Shown here piece by piece: positions 1 through 9,093 of a stretch of 64,000 nucleotides of DNA. The notes beneath the pieces were generated by a model. The model ran no database searches. It was given only the letters and a program-made list of their open reading frames with translations, and was not told the origin of the DNA. The stretch's first letter is position 1. Each line of letters starts with the position of its first letter. The DNA is taken from the NCBI GenBank assembly GCA_000146465.1, contig CP001950.1. One strand, written 5' to 3'. The position numbers were made by a program, and so were the translations under genes.

Positions 1-669
1 AATAAGAAAGTGTTTGTGGACTTTGTGTTCTTGGCAGCCTCCCGATTTTCATCGACTACAAGAAAGGTCGAAATTATAAGCTCCTTGAAGTCTGTAATAG
101 AAGGATACTATGAGATAGTTCCCGAAATGATAGTCAAGATGGGGCTATACGATGTACTTGGGATTGATTCTGGAGCCTGTTTATACCTCGATAAGAAAGT
201 TAACCAGAAAGTTATCGAGATACTGAAAGGAAAGAATGAGAAGAAGAAATTAATCAAGCTCTACTATTTGATTGATGATGAAACACTTGTTGTGGATCTC
301 ATTAACGAAGCGGTTACCGAGGCAATTCTCTCAGATACGGACATTGACGAATATCTTGAGATTATCGAGTACTATGAAAGGGTGGAATGTACAAGACAGA
401 CCCGAATGATGTCTGCATTGAAGAGCTTCTACTTGTTCAAAAGAAATCCCTCTCCCTCTACACTTGGAGAAACCCCATTGCTTGACTCAGACTTTGATCT
501 GACGAACTTCCGATATGTAGTTGAAAAGATTTTTAAGCCAGCATGCGACATTGTGGAGAAGATGGGAGACAACGAGATGGCAAGGACCTTGTTTAAGCTT
601 TGTGGAGTTCTTGGACTTGGAGACGAGATGTCAAGCTATGCAAACAGACATCTTGTACTACTTATATGA
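1..669 (+). CDS. Hypothetical protein, 3' part; the ORF is open to the left edge of the window
   Basis: Reading frame open from nt 1 (aat aag aaa gtg...) to TGA at 667-669; no recognised domain; the GTG 'start' at 10 in the track is an artefact. Confidence 0.4.
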   Translation, partial: NKKVFVDFVFLAASRFSSTTRKVEIISSLKSVIEGYYEIVPEMIVKMGLYDVLGIDSGACLYLDKKVNQKVIEILKGKNEKKKLIKLYYLIDDETLVVDLINEAVTEAILSDTDIDEYLEIIEYYERVECTRQTRMMSALKSFYLFKRNPSPSTLGETPLLDSDFDLTNFRYVVEKIFKPACDIVEKMGDNEMARTLFKLCGVLGLGDEMSSYANRHLVLLI

Positions 670-698
670 AGGAAGTTTAATGGCCAGGTAATTATTCG

Positions 699-1733
699 AT
701 GTTTCCAGTACCCCATATCCTTATGAAGTTCAACTCTGCCGACTTTCCGATTATGAAGAGGATGTTGGTGGCTCGGGAGGAAGGGATATACTATGAGATG
801 GAGAAGAACAGCCTGGCCGATACATGGGATAGGTTGCTGGAGTATTACAGCGAAAAGATCCTAGAGGAGCACAAAGAAGAGATTGAAGAAGAGGAGCTTT
901 ACAGAATACTTTGCAAGGCAAGGGTGGAAGCGGAAACAGGGAGAAGGGTATATGAGCTAATTGATAAAGATGTGCTTGAGACACACAAAGTGAAACCACG
1001 GAGTGTAGACAGGTGTGAATTCAAGACATATATTCTGGACTCGTGCATCAGGATATTAAGAAAGGGGATTTCTGAACTTAAAGATGGGATTGAAAAGGAA
1101 TCAAGAGTCTGGTCAAAAGTGGAAGGAGCTAGCATGCCTGTAAGGCTAGTGAGAGGAAAGGTTCAAGTCTATGTAACAGAGACGGAATATCTAGTAGTGA
1201 ATGAGGAAGGAGACTATGTTTACCCAAGTGATTGGAATGCTCAAGGAGTGACATGCAAGATTAGATATATGGATGTTCATTTGGAATGTTCTGTGCTTCC
1301 AAGGAACAGCATGGATAAGATAGAAATGGTTAAGGAGTACTTTCTTGAAAGATCAATTATTCAGAAATTTATTCGAAATGACATTGAGATCGAGATAACT
1401 CCAATGGAAAATCCTTCGGAAAGGGAAGACATAATCTGCAAGTATGTAGTTTGCCATCTAAAGAGAGGAAAGAGCATCAAAGAGATATTTGAAAAAGTCA
1501 ATCTCTATCTTTCAAGAAAGCTTGTTGATATCATTGTCTCTGGAAGTAAGAAATGCACTGTCTTAAGGTACAGTGGCCATGTTCTTGAGGACGGATTACC
1601 CGAGGTATTTTTTGTACTTACGGATAACAAGGTCGTCAAAGCCATGAGACAACAGCCAGGGAAGTTTGAGATATTTGTAAATGAAGTTCCGATTAGATCC
1701 TTTCGAAATTATATCTCAAGAGAGGAGCCTTGA
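699..1733 (+). CDS. Hypothetical protein (344 aa), no recognised domain
   Basis: Long uninterrupted ORF with ATG start; coding-like composition; typical tight spacing to neighbours. Confidence 0.45.
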   Translation: MFPVPHILMKFNSADFPIMKRMLVAREEGIYYEMEKNSLADTWDRLLEYYSEKILEEHKEEIEEEELYRILCKARVEAETGRRVYELIDKDVLETHKVKPRSVDRCEFKTYILDSCIRILRKGISELKDGIEKESRVWSKVEGASMPVRLVRGKVQVYVTETEYLVVNEEGDYVYPSDWNAQGVTCKIRYMDVHLECSVLPRNSMDKIEMVKEYFLERSIIQKFIRNDIEIEITPMENPSEREDIICKYVVCHLKRGKSIKEIFEKVNLYLSRKLVDIIVSGSKKCTVLRYSGHVLEDGLPEVFFVLTDNKVVKAMRQQPGKFEIFVNEVPIRSFRNYISREEP

Positions 1734-1900
1734 AGCCTTTACTTCCTAAATCTATGGACCATGCAGGGCTTTGAATAAAGACTTTGGTGTTCAATCTTTT
1801 CTACTTTCTTTGCAAACATCCTGGCCTAATAATAAACCATTTCGGTTGGAACTCGCTTCTTAAGTTGGTGGTTATCTAACTTGAAGTTTACAGCCCAGAG

Positions 1901-2248
1901 ATGATAAGATGTGTCTATACAATGCAAAAGCATAAGAAGCTGAAAACATGGATGGACGGCTTTATAGAACAGAAAGGGAAAAGAATACATCTTTACAACA
2001 CCGACATGGTGAAGATAGACAGTTTGGTTGCTTCTTGTCTAGATAACGAGATGGAGACCCCAAAATACCTTTTGTACATCGAGTCTTTTGAGGATCCTGA
2101 GGAAAATGAGATAAAGCATCAGGAAAATCCTCCTTCTACCTCAAGAACATTGAAAGACAGACCAGAAAAAGACATAGAAGGTAATGTGAAATGTTCTTCA
2201 CCACAAGGAAGGTCTGAAGAGGAGATAATAAATTTGTTTCAAGGGTAA
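1901..2248 (+). CDS. DUF2439-like small protein (ZGRF1 N-terminal / Mte1 / Dbl2-type motif)
   Basis: N-terminus VYTMQKHKKLKTWMDGFIE matches the YT.QK.KK.K.W.DG motif of the DUF2439 domain, from memory of ZGRF1/Mte1; ATG start. Confidence 0.4.
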   Translation: MIRCVYTMQKHKKLKTWMDGFIEQKGKRIHLYNTDMVKIDSLVASCLDNEMETPKYLLYIESFEDPEENEIKHQENPPSTSRTLKDRPEKDIEGNVKCSSPQGRSEEEIINLFQG

Positions 2249-2261
2249 CATGGCTTTATTA

Positions 2262-3011
2262 TTACCTAAGAGTCTTTTCAATACTGCTTTCAAATGAAGA
2301 CACAACCTTTCCATCTATTCCATTCAGTTTTAGATTGTTTCTCTTTTCAAGAACGTGTTCCCTCTGTGCATTGATGTTGGATATGACGTTATCCATCACT
2401 TCCTTGAAGACTCCTATCCTTAGCTTCTTCAATTCGCTTACCACAACAGCAGCAAGCTCTGGAAACCCAATACTCTTTGAAAACACAGACATGTGCTGCA
2501 GAAGAAGAGATCCTGCCTCCTCTATAACAAACATCTGATGCTCTTCGCTTTTTGTCCTACTGGGGTCCGGATTAACCATGTCGTAGCTTATTTTTCTTCC
2601 CTCAACTGAAAGATTCTTTACGGATATGGCATTCTTCAATATTCTGATTATATAGAAGGATAAAGGGACATAAAACTTCGACCCAGCTACAGACTTAATA
2701 GCTCGAAGGCAGAATATCGAATACCGATAATCTTTATATGTTTCTATTATTCCTACCAGAAGCTTTATGTAATCTCTGAAATCAGAGTGCTTTTTTAGAC
2801 ACTTACTTAAAACCTCTATCATAAATGTGATCTTTGAAAGATCTGGGTTTTTGGTTCTGGCATATTTCTCTAAGTAAAATATTTCCGCATCGACATCCTT
2901 CGGATTCAATACATAATTTTGAATGTCCTCGGGAAGTGTTAATGCCTGGGATGTGTATATCTTTGAAAGATAGCTTTCCTCCAATTCCACACCATTGTCC
3001 GTTTGTGTCAT
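2262..3011 (-). CDS. NOC2: Nucleolar complex protein 2 (Noc2)-like, reduced
   Basis: Motif GFPELAAVVVSELKKLRIGVFKEV resembles the conserved Noc2/NOC2L FPELVLPVVVQLKSFLRECKV segment; 249 aa ORF. Confidence 0.45.
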   Translation of the reverse strand: MTQTDNGVELEESYLSKIYTSQALTLPEDIQNYVLNPKDVDAEIFYLEKYARTKNPDLSKITFMIEVLSKCLKKHSDFRDYIKLLVGIIETYKDYRYSIFCLRAIKSVAGSKFYVPLSFYIIRILKNAISVKNLSVEGRKISYDMVNPDPSRTKSEEHQMFVIEEAGSLLLQHMSVFSKSIGFPELAAVVVSELKKLRIGVFKEVMDNVISNINAQREHVLEKRNNLKLNGIDGKVVSSFESSIEKTLR

Positions 3012-3165
3012 TTTGGGGATTAGAAAATACCAAATATACTCTTAAAATTCCAGAAATGCTTACGTGTTTTGTAAAATCTCAAGGAAGAGCTGATCTTCTC
3101 AAATGTCCACATCTGTCCCCAGAAGGTCCTTTGAAGTAACTTTAGAACTCTTATATTGTTATTTG

Positions 3166-3513
3166 TCTTTAAGCTGTACTTAATCATCCAACACCCTGAA
3201 TTTGGAACTTCGGAAATATTCCCCCAACCGGTGCCAAATAGAGCAAGAGGTCTTTCTACAAGGAGAGGTGGCAGTCCAGTGGAGGATCTCCTCGAAAACT
3301 ACTTCTGGTTGAGTAGATTCGAGAGTAGCCACTGTTGGTTTGATCCCATCAGACAAAGGGACAGGGTAGATCCTATTTCGTGTGGGCCCTTTGGATGGAA
3401 GGGCCTGGAGAGCAGCGGAGGGCATGTGTTCTCCGGCAATAGAGAGCCCTGGTGAATTCATCGAGTTCCTGAAGCCCCTGATGATCGAAAGTCCTGCAAT
3501 AAAAAAGTTTATT
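3166..3513. repeat. Segmental duplicate (~97% identity, no indels) of 58707-59054; this is the intergenic/promoter region plus the first ~50 codons of the WAC/DDT-like gene
   Basis: Base-by-base alignment with constant offset 55541; about 10 mismatches in 348 nt. Confidence 0.9.
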
Positions 3514-4262
3514 AGATGCATTTGAGACTATGCAGGAAAAGGTAAGTAACTTTGATGACCACATGTGCGATCTGGAAAAGAAGATTAAAGACATCGAAAC
3601 AGCTTTCCAACCCATCCTTCTTTCCAAGGAATCCCACAAAAGATCGTTGCCTGAAGATAGTTTTCTTAAGAACATATATCTTGTGTTGATAATTGTGTTA
3701 TGCATACAGGGTGTTCTCTGGTACACAGACAATGAAAAGTCTTCTGCTGGAACTGTGTGGAACATGGTAGTGTACTCTGTGGCAGTTGTGGGGACGATTC
3801 TGTACATGGCCTGGGTGTGGGGATTTGGCGGAAGGAGATGGACTAGTGTTGCGAGCATGGTACCTATGATGGTTGGATTTCTGAATTTGGGGAAGAGGGT
3901 GAGCTGTGAGTACGGGATGGAGATGGCAGGGCTTGGGTTTATGATGGTTTGTATGGAGAGTCTTGCAAGACACGGGATGTCATCATGGGAGATTTTGGCA
4001 GGATTGATTGGAAATGGAATTGTAGTGATGGGATGGGTCAGTTGGGCTACAATGAGGGATAGATATGGAGAGAGGATGGGCCAGTGGATGTGTGGGGGAC
4101 TTATTGTGTTTGGAATTCTCATGGCTGTGATGATGTATATGAAGGAAGGGAGAAATGTGGAAAGGAGCACTGGAAGTTATATGGTGTTTATTATGACAGT
4201 GGTTGTTGGAACAGCTGTGTCTTATGCATGTGGAGAGGATTACAGACAACTTGCAACTAAGA
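3514..4262. repeat. Segmental duplicate (~98% identity, no indels) of 54803-55551; this is the 3' half (7-TM domain) of the family gene at 54072-55571
   Basis: Alignment with constant offset 51289; about 15 mismatches in 749 nt; homology stops ~50 nt before the stop codons. Confidence 0.9.
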
Positions 4263-4315
4263 GGTTGTTCCAAAGACCTCGGATTGTGGAAAGTAAATGC
4301 CAGAATCCAATTTAA
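3530..4315 (+). pseudogene. Truncated chimeric copy of the coiled-coil/7-TM family gene (TM domain only), fused downstream of the captured Itc1-like promoter/N-terminus; probably a pseudogene or neo-gene
   Basis: The 261 aa ORF begins at an ATG that is internal (FETMQGK) in the full paralogue; no CCC/GGG start context; the captured upstream ATG (~3424) terminates after 33 codons just past the junction. Confidence 0.45.
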
Positions 4316-4360
4316 TACCCAATTTAGATATGTATTTGTTTCTAGATATAGAACTAGGCA

Positions 4361-5281
4361 TCAAACATCAAAATAAACTTCAAAGTATAAATCTTTGTAC
4401 AAAATCTTTAAGTCATCCTGAGAGATATAATGGATGTTCGTGTGATCAATAAGGCCTAGACCTCCCTTTCGACATATCTCAGACGTAAGCTTCTTTGTAG
4501 CCCTTGAACTCGTCTTGGCTAGTTCTGTGAACATCTCCTTGCTAACAAGAATGTTCAATAGAAACGGCCGTTCTTCAACCACCCTCAGCAAAAAAAATAC
4601 CATCTGCTTATAGTTCTTGTCTATGTATTCCTTGACAAGAGAAATAACCTCTTCGTTGTTAAAGTTGAGTATCCAGTCCAATGGCAAGGTGTTGAACACC
4701 TTCATCTTTTCTTCGGGAAACAATGGATTCATGAGAACCATGCCGAAAAATTCCCTGAACACCTCTGCTTTGCAGCTGAACAGTATGTAGAAGTCCAGAA
4801 ACTCTTTGAATCGTGAGATTCTCTTACCCATTTCCCTGATTACAGATGAAGAGTCTAGTTGGCAGAAGTCTGAATAGAAGAAGTCCTTCAGGAATTTGAG
4901 TCTGTTAAACTCAAAAGGAAGTAGGGTGAAGCCTATCCCACAGTTCGACTTCGAAAGCGCCCATTTTATATCGATCCCTGCATTAGCCTTCTGTCTCTTA
5001 AACACCCTCGATTGGTTTTCTCTTATTCGGCTTTCGATCCTAAGAACATCAACCTCCTTCTTTAGCTTTTCCATCCTTTTCAAGCCGTCTAACACCGTTC
5101 GACTTTTTTGCTCCTTCATAGCAAAGTTCTGCGTTTCCAGTGCAATCATGTTCTGCCTCAGTATCATTATTTCCCCTGTAAGTCTCATGTTTTCTTGCCG
5201 AAGTCTTCCCAGTTCCTTCCCCAGCCTTTCGTCATCTTCATCATCACCACTAAGCACTTCTGATCCTCCAAACCCCCTCAT
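4361..5281 (-). CDS. Hypothetical protein with N-terminal coiled coil (306 aa)
   Basis: Long ORF; N-terminal heptad-like region (LRQENMRLTGEIMILRQNMIALETQN); no recognised domain. Confidence 0.4.
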   Translation of the reverse strand: MRGFGGSEVLSGDDEDDERLGKELGRLRQENMRLTGEIMILRQNMIALETQNFAMKEQKSRTVLDGLKRMEKLKKEVDVLRIESRIRENQSRVFKRQKANAGIDIKWALSKSNCGIGFTLLPFEFNRLKFLKDFFYSDFCQLDSSSVIREMGKRISRFKEFLDFYILFSCKAEVFREFFGMVLMNPLFPEEKMKVFNTLPLDWILNFNNEEVISLVKEYIDKNYKQMVFFLLRVVEERPFLLNILVSKEMFTELAKTSSRATKKLTSEICRKGGLGLIDHTNIHYISQDDLKILYKDLYFEVYFDV

Positions 5282-5303
5282 TTCTATCTTCTGTTTGAAA
5301 AGA

Positions 5304-6305
5304 TTATCTGCACTCCCCGCCTATGCTTAAGCTTGCCCTTGGAGAGGCTTTACTTATAGGTAGAACAAAAACAAGGTTATCAAGCTCTATCCTATATGAA
5401 AACTTTACGGAAAACAGCTTACAATCAAAAGTAAAACAATCATGTTCAACCCTGAGAGGAACTGCTTTATAGAGACACATGTCCGAGTTGAATTCTTTCA
5501 GGAGCCTCTCCTCGCCATTTGAAACCTCTCCGCTGATAAATTCAGTTACCTCCAGTATTATTCTTGTTTTCTTGGAATTTCTCTTATACCATATCATCAT
5601 CGTATCCTCTTTAACAAGAAGCTTTCCATATTCAACTGTAGCAACCTCTTCCTCATCGTCCTGAACAGTGACTTTGTATCTGTCCTCCTCAACCTCAGAA
5701 CCCTCCATGGATACATAGAAGTATATGTCTCCCTTACTTTCCAGTTTGTACCTCTCCACAACCTCTCTCATGAATCTAGGGAAGTCTTCAAGAAAATGCA
5801 TCTTTCGTCCTACCATCTCCTCAGTTGTTCCATAGTCTTGTCCAGCCTTGTTTCTTAGAAAGTCAACAATCTCCCCGAATGCAGTATCATCCGTGTTTCC
5901 AACCCTAATCATGTCCGAATGGACTATTATGTTTTCCATCTTCTTCAAAGGCTTGAATCCAAACGGATGGACACTAAACATCTTTGTTCTTACTTCTCTC
6001 GTTACTCCATAATATACCTCGACAATTATCGTGTAAACAACCTCCAGGCTTCTCAGTTTCATCGAAGGAAGAGCATCTCTCGGTATGATACATCTGTAAA
6101 CAGTTTCCGAGTCTTCTTTCATCGAAAGTTCAACGGGCTCAGACTCCAGAAATCTAATCTCCTTCCTGTCCATCCTCACAATTCCTGCAATCCTTGCTGC
6201 CAGGAAATCAGGTCTTTTGGATGTCTCCTTGCACTTCCTCCACTTTATGCATGATTTGAACACTCCTCCTGTATAGGCGTCACAAGGCCATATTTCAAAA
6301 TCCAT
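5304..6305 (-). CDS. Hypothetical protein (333 aa)
   Basis: Long ORF, coding-like, ATG start; no recognised domain. Confidence 0.4.
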   Translation of the reverse strand: MDFEIWPCDAYTGGVFKSCIKWRKCKETSKRPDFLAARIAGIVRMDRKEIRFLESEPVELSMKEDSETVYRCIIPRDALPSMKLRSLEVVYTIIVEVYYGVTREVRTKMFSVHPFGFKPLKKMENIIVHSDMIRVGNTDDTAFGEIVDFLRNKAGQDYGTTEEMVGRKMHFLEDFPRFMREVVERYKLESKGDIYFYVSMEGSEVEEDRYKVTVQDDEEEVATVEYGKLLVKEDTMMIWYKRNSKKTRIILEVTEFISGEVSNGEERLLKEFNSDMCLYKAVPLRVEHDCFTFDCKLFSVKFSYRIELDNLVFVLPISKASPRASLSIGGECR

Positions 6306-6405
6306 GCTCAGAGAACAACAGGGATTCTAAAGTCAGTTTTTACTTCTTCCTGGATAAGATAGGTAAAGAATCAGATCTAAGTCTTTAATTAAGTGCGTCT
6401 TTGGA

Positions 6406-8349
6406 TCATCTTCTTCTGTCCAGTTTACTCCTTTCAAAAGGATCGTCGTCGGCTGCATTGAAGATTCCACCGCCTCCAAAGAGGCCCCCTAGCCCCTTGT
6501 CATTTCTTTCCTCTGAATCCACATATCCTATGCTTGGCTTAGCCGGCTGCTGAGAAGACCCTCCCTCAAACAGACCTCCAAATAGACTTTTTCCATTTCC
6601 AAATATGTTCCCCATAGACCCTGTTAGATCAATCTGCTGCTGCGGCCTAGCTTGTTCTTGTCCTGTGCTTCCGGGTACTGGAAAGCTCTGTAAGCCAGGA
6701 ATTCCACTACTACCCGAAAGAAAGATATTTCCTCCTTCTCCAAAAGAAAAGTTAGCCCCCGAGTCTTGTACGGCTTCTCCATATCCCCCCAACTTTCTCT
6801 TAAGGAGCGAAGATCCCGGTGTTGGTGAATGCAATTCTACCGATTCTTGTCCCATGCCAGACTGGGCCGGGAAAGATCCCCCTCCAAATACAAAAGGCTT
6901 GGTCTCAGGTGCCTTACCATCTGAAGCAAACGGACTGGAGATGTTCTCGTGATTTACAGTAGAAGGTGAATCTTGAGCCGGAGGAAGTGGAGCTCCCGAG
7001 TTGAAGAGAAACATAGATGTATCTCCTTGCACATTTGGTGTCCTTCCATCCCAGAATCCAAACTTCTTCGGCTCCTCCTCCACTGCAGGGCCTTCTTTCT
7101 TTTCATTTTCTAAGGATTCGTTGATTTCCCCTCCAAACACAAATGGCTCTTGCATCTGAACAGCATCCTCAACTTTTTTTGCATCTTCACTCATCTCAAC
7201 AGCCTCCCTATCATCAGATCCATTTTCCTTGGTCTCGGAAATGGGCTCTAAAATAAAATAAGGCTTGGATGGAAGAGATTCAGATTCATTACTGGTTTTT
7301 ATACCAACCTCTTTTCTGTCTTCCTGTCCACTACCATTTAGGACTTGTTCTGGCTCTGCTTCTTTATCATTCTTCTCACCATCATCTTTAATGCCTCCAA
7401 TCTCCGTCACCTCATTTCTACTCTCATCAAAACTAGCCTTTCGGCTCTTAATCTTCTCTATATCAAACAGTTGCTCCTTCCTTGCCTCGCTAAGAACTCT
7501 CGTAAGCTTCTTTCTCTCCTCGTCTTCTAGATCATCCATATCAAACTTGTCATCAGTCACATATCTTGCCACTGCCCTTTCAACTCCAAAGTCCTTCTCA
7601 AGATAGAAATATGACTTAGGAACTCTCGACTCCCATCTGTCTTTTGCCATCTGCCTTCTCTTCTCAGCTCTTTCCCTCTCCTCCTTCCTTCTCTCGTTTT
7701 CCTTTCTTTCATATTCTTTCCTTATTTCATACTCTACACATCTTTTACAGTTATACTCCCCTCCAAAATTACATCGGACTTTCCTTTCTACAACTTCGGA
7801 GTTCAATTTCTTAATATTTCTTTCGCAGAAATATTCTTCTTCCTCATCGGTAGACACCTCCCCTAGTTGAAGGAAAAGATTGTCCTCTGCATCATAGCAG
7901 ATTGCCTTTTCAATCGTCTCCATAGGCGTCTTCCCCTCTACTCTGTATTTCTTTGGAAGAACTCCCCAGCTAACATCATTCTCTTTCTTCAGGGCATACT
8001 TCTTTTGATATCCCCTTTTCCGATGCTTCTTAGGCTTCCCTTCGCCCCCCTTCGTATCCCCAGCCCCCAAGTCTCCTTTCCACTTCGCTCCTGCCTTTCT
8101 TTCCGATCTTTCTATCTCCACTCTCTTCAGCTCCTCAAATCCTTCGTCTAGTTTCTTTCTACATCCTGGCTCCGATATTGCCTTGCACAACTCTTTTATT
8201 CGATCAAGCTCAGAAACCTCAATAGGCTTTTCGCTTTCAAATCTAGAGCACAACTCCTTGTATGAGTTCAGATCCACCTTCTTCCCAGGCTGGAGTGCAT
8301 CTTTAACGCTGTTCCATGCCTCCTTGATTCTCTCGTAAAACCCTGCCAT
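6406..8349 (-). CDS. FG-repeat nucleoporin-like protein
   Basis: C-terminal ~250 aa contain multiple FG/FxFG/GLFG-type repeats (FVFGG, FSFGEGG, LFGGLFEGG, GLFGGGGIFN); E/K-rich charged middle; CCC upstream of ATG. Confidence 0.5.
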   Translation of the reverse strand: MAGFYERIKEAWNSVKDALQPGKKVDLNSYKELCSRFESEKPIEVSELDRIKELCKAISEPGCRKKLDEGFEELKRVEIERSERKAGAKWKGDLGAGDTKGGEGKPKKHRKRGYQKKYALKKENDVSWGVLPKKYRVEGKTPMETIEKAICYDAEDNLFLQLGEVSTDEEEEYFCERNIKKLNSEVVERKVRCNFGGEYNCKRCVEYEIRKEYERKENERRKEERERAEKRRQMAKDRWESRVPKSYFYLEKDFGVERAVARYVTDDKFDMDDLEDEERKKLTRVLSEARKEQLFDIEKIKSRKASFDESRNEVTEIGGIKDDGEKNDKEAEPEQVLNGSGQEDRKEVGIKTSNESESLPSKPYFILEPISETKENGSDDREAVEMSEDAKKVEDAVQMQEPFVFGGEINESLENEKKEGPAVEEEPKKFGFWDGRTPNVQGDTSMFLFNSGAPLPPAQDSPSTVNHENISSPFASDGKAPETKPFVFGGGSFPAQSGMGQESVELHSPTPGSSLLKRKLGGYGEAVQDSGANFSFGEGGNIFLSGSSGIPGLQSFPVPGSTGQEQARPQQQIDLTGSMGNIFGNGKSLFGGLFEGGSSQQPAKPSIGYVDSEERNDKGLGGLFGGGGIFNAADDDPFERSKLDRRR

Positions 8350-8407
8350 CCTCTCTGGGTCAACAATAATTTTTTCTCAAAAAAGTACTCTTGAAGTCAA
8401 CTTTATT

Positions 8408-8671
8408 TCAATCTTTACATTCCTTTGCCTCTTCCTTTATGTATCTCTTCAATCGACAAAGACTATTAAGGATCTCGAGGTCGTTTCCTCCAAATCTTTC
8501 ATTGTCTTCTCTACATCTAAGGACATCTGTCACACAACTCCTTCTTCTGCATCCAGGACATCTGTCATCAGACTTCAAATGCCTTTTGATGCACAGATAG
8601 CAGAAACTCTGCCCACATCGGGTCTCATGTTTAACAGAAATCTTCCAATGGCATATCCCACACAATTCCAT
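8408..8671 (-). CDS. Small RING-finger (C3HC4-type) protein
   Basis: CGIC-x11-C-x-H...C-x2-C-x10-CPGC cysteine/histidine spacing; CCC upstream of ATG. Confidence 0.55.
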   Translation of the reverse strand: MELCGICHWKISVKHETRCGQSFCYLCIKRHLKSDDRCPGCRRRSCVTDVLRCREDNERFGGNDLEILNSLCRLKRYIKEEAKECKD

Positions 8672-8707
8672 AAAGGGCTGTTCTAGATATATTTAAATCT
8701 CATCCCA

Positions 8708-9070
8708 TCACCTCCTTTCCAATTCCTTCTCCATCTTTACATACTTCAGAATCCTCCTCATAGCTCTCTTGAGAATCCCAGATATCCATAAAATCGACAT
8801 AGAACACTTAAGACCAGAAATCTCTCCTATAGTTGCAATCGTAAACAGGACGTATTTGCATGCAGGTGCATCACATCGGATCACTGCTATTTGACTATGC
8901 GGTAAGTATTCAACAACCACCAGATTCCCCACCATTGATGCTCCATAGCTTCCATAATCAATCCCAACCTTCGACTTAACAATTGATCCCAACATCTCCC
9001 CCAGGGCCCTGCTTTGATCTCCCTCGTGCCGAAGTCGGATAACTATATACCTTGCTTTCACACGAATCAT
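8708..9070 (-). CDS. POP5: RNase P/MRP protein subunit Pop5 (Rpp14 family)
   Basis: N-terminus MIRVKARYIVIRL matches the Pop5 MVRFKNRYIL motif; size 120 aa; CCC upstream of ATG. Confidence 0.6.
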   Translation of the reverse strand: MIRVKARYIVIRLRHEGDQSRALGEMLGSIVKSKVGIDYGSYGASMVGNLVVVEYLPHSQIAVIRCDAPACKYVLFTIATIGEISGLKCSMSILWISGILKRAMRRILKYVKMEKELERR

Positions 9071-9093
9071 CTAGGGCTAGAAAATCCATTCTA

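Noticed and set aside
667-720. gtaattattcgatgtttccag between ORFs 10-669 and 699-1733, as an intron joining them into one gene
   Set aside because: An in-frame TGA precedes it, and splicing would not restore the downstream frame.
3156-3521. Track ORFs 3156-3455 (+, TTG start) and 3180-3521 (-) and their twin at 58721-59002 (-), as possible conserved small proteins or a structured ncRNA because the segment is duplicated
   Set aside because: The duplicated segment is simply the promoter plus N-terminal codons of the 58965 gene. The + ORF uses a TTG start and a different frame from the real gene, the - ORF is antisense, and I found no snRNA/SRP/RNase P consensus in it.
3539-3545. GTAAGT hexamer just after the ATG of the truncated family copy, as a possible intron
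   Set aside because: It is in-frame coding (gta agt = V S). The paralogue has ata agt (I S) at the same place. There is no branch/3'ss nearby and the ORF is continuous.
4361-6305. Adjacent same-strand ORFs 5304-6305 and 4361-5281 (23-nt spacer), as a possible single gene split by an intron or frameshift
   Set aside because: Each has its own ATG with plausible start context and a stop; no splice signals in the spacer; no domain evidence linking them.
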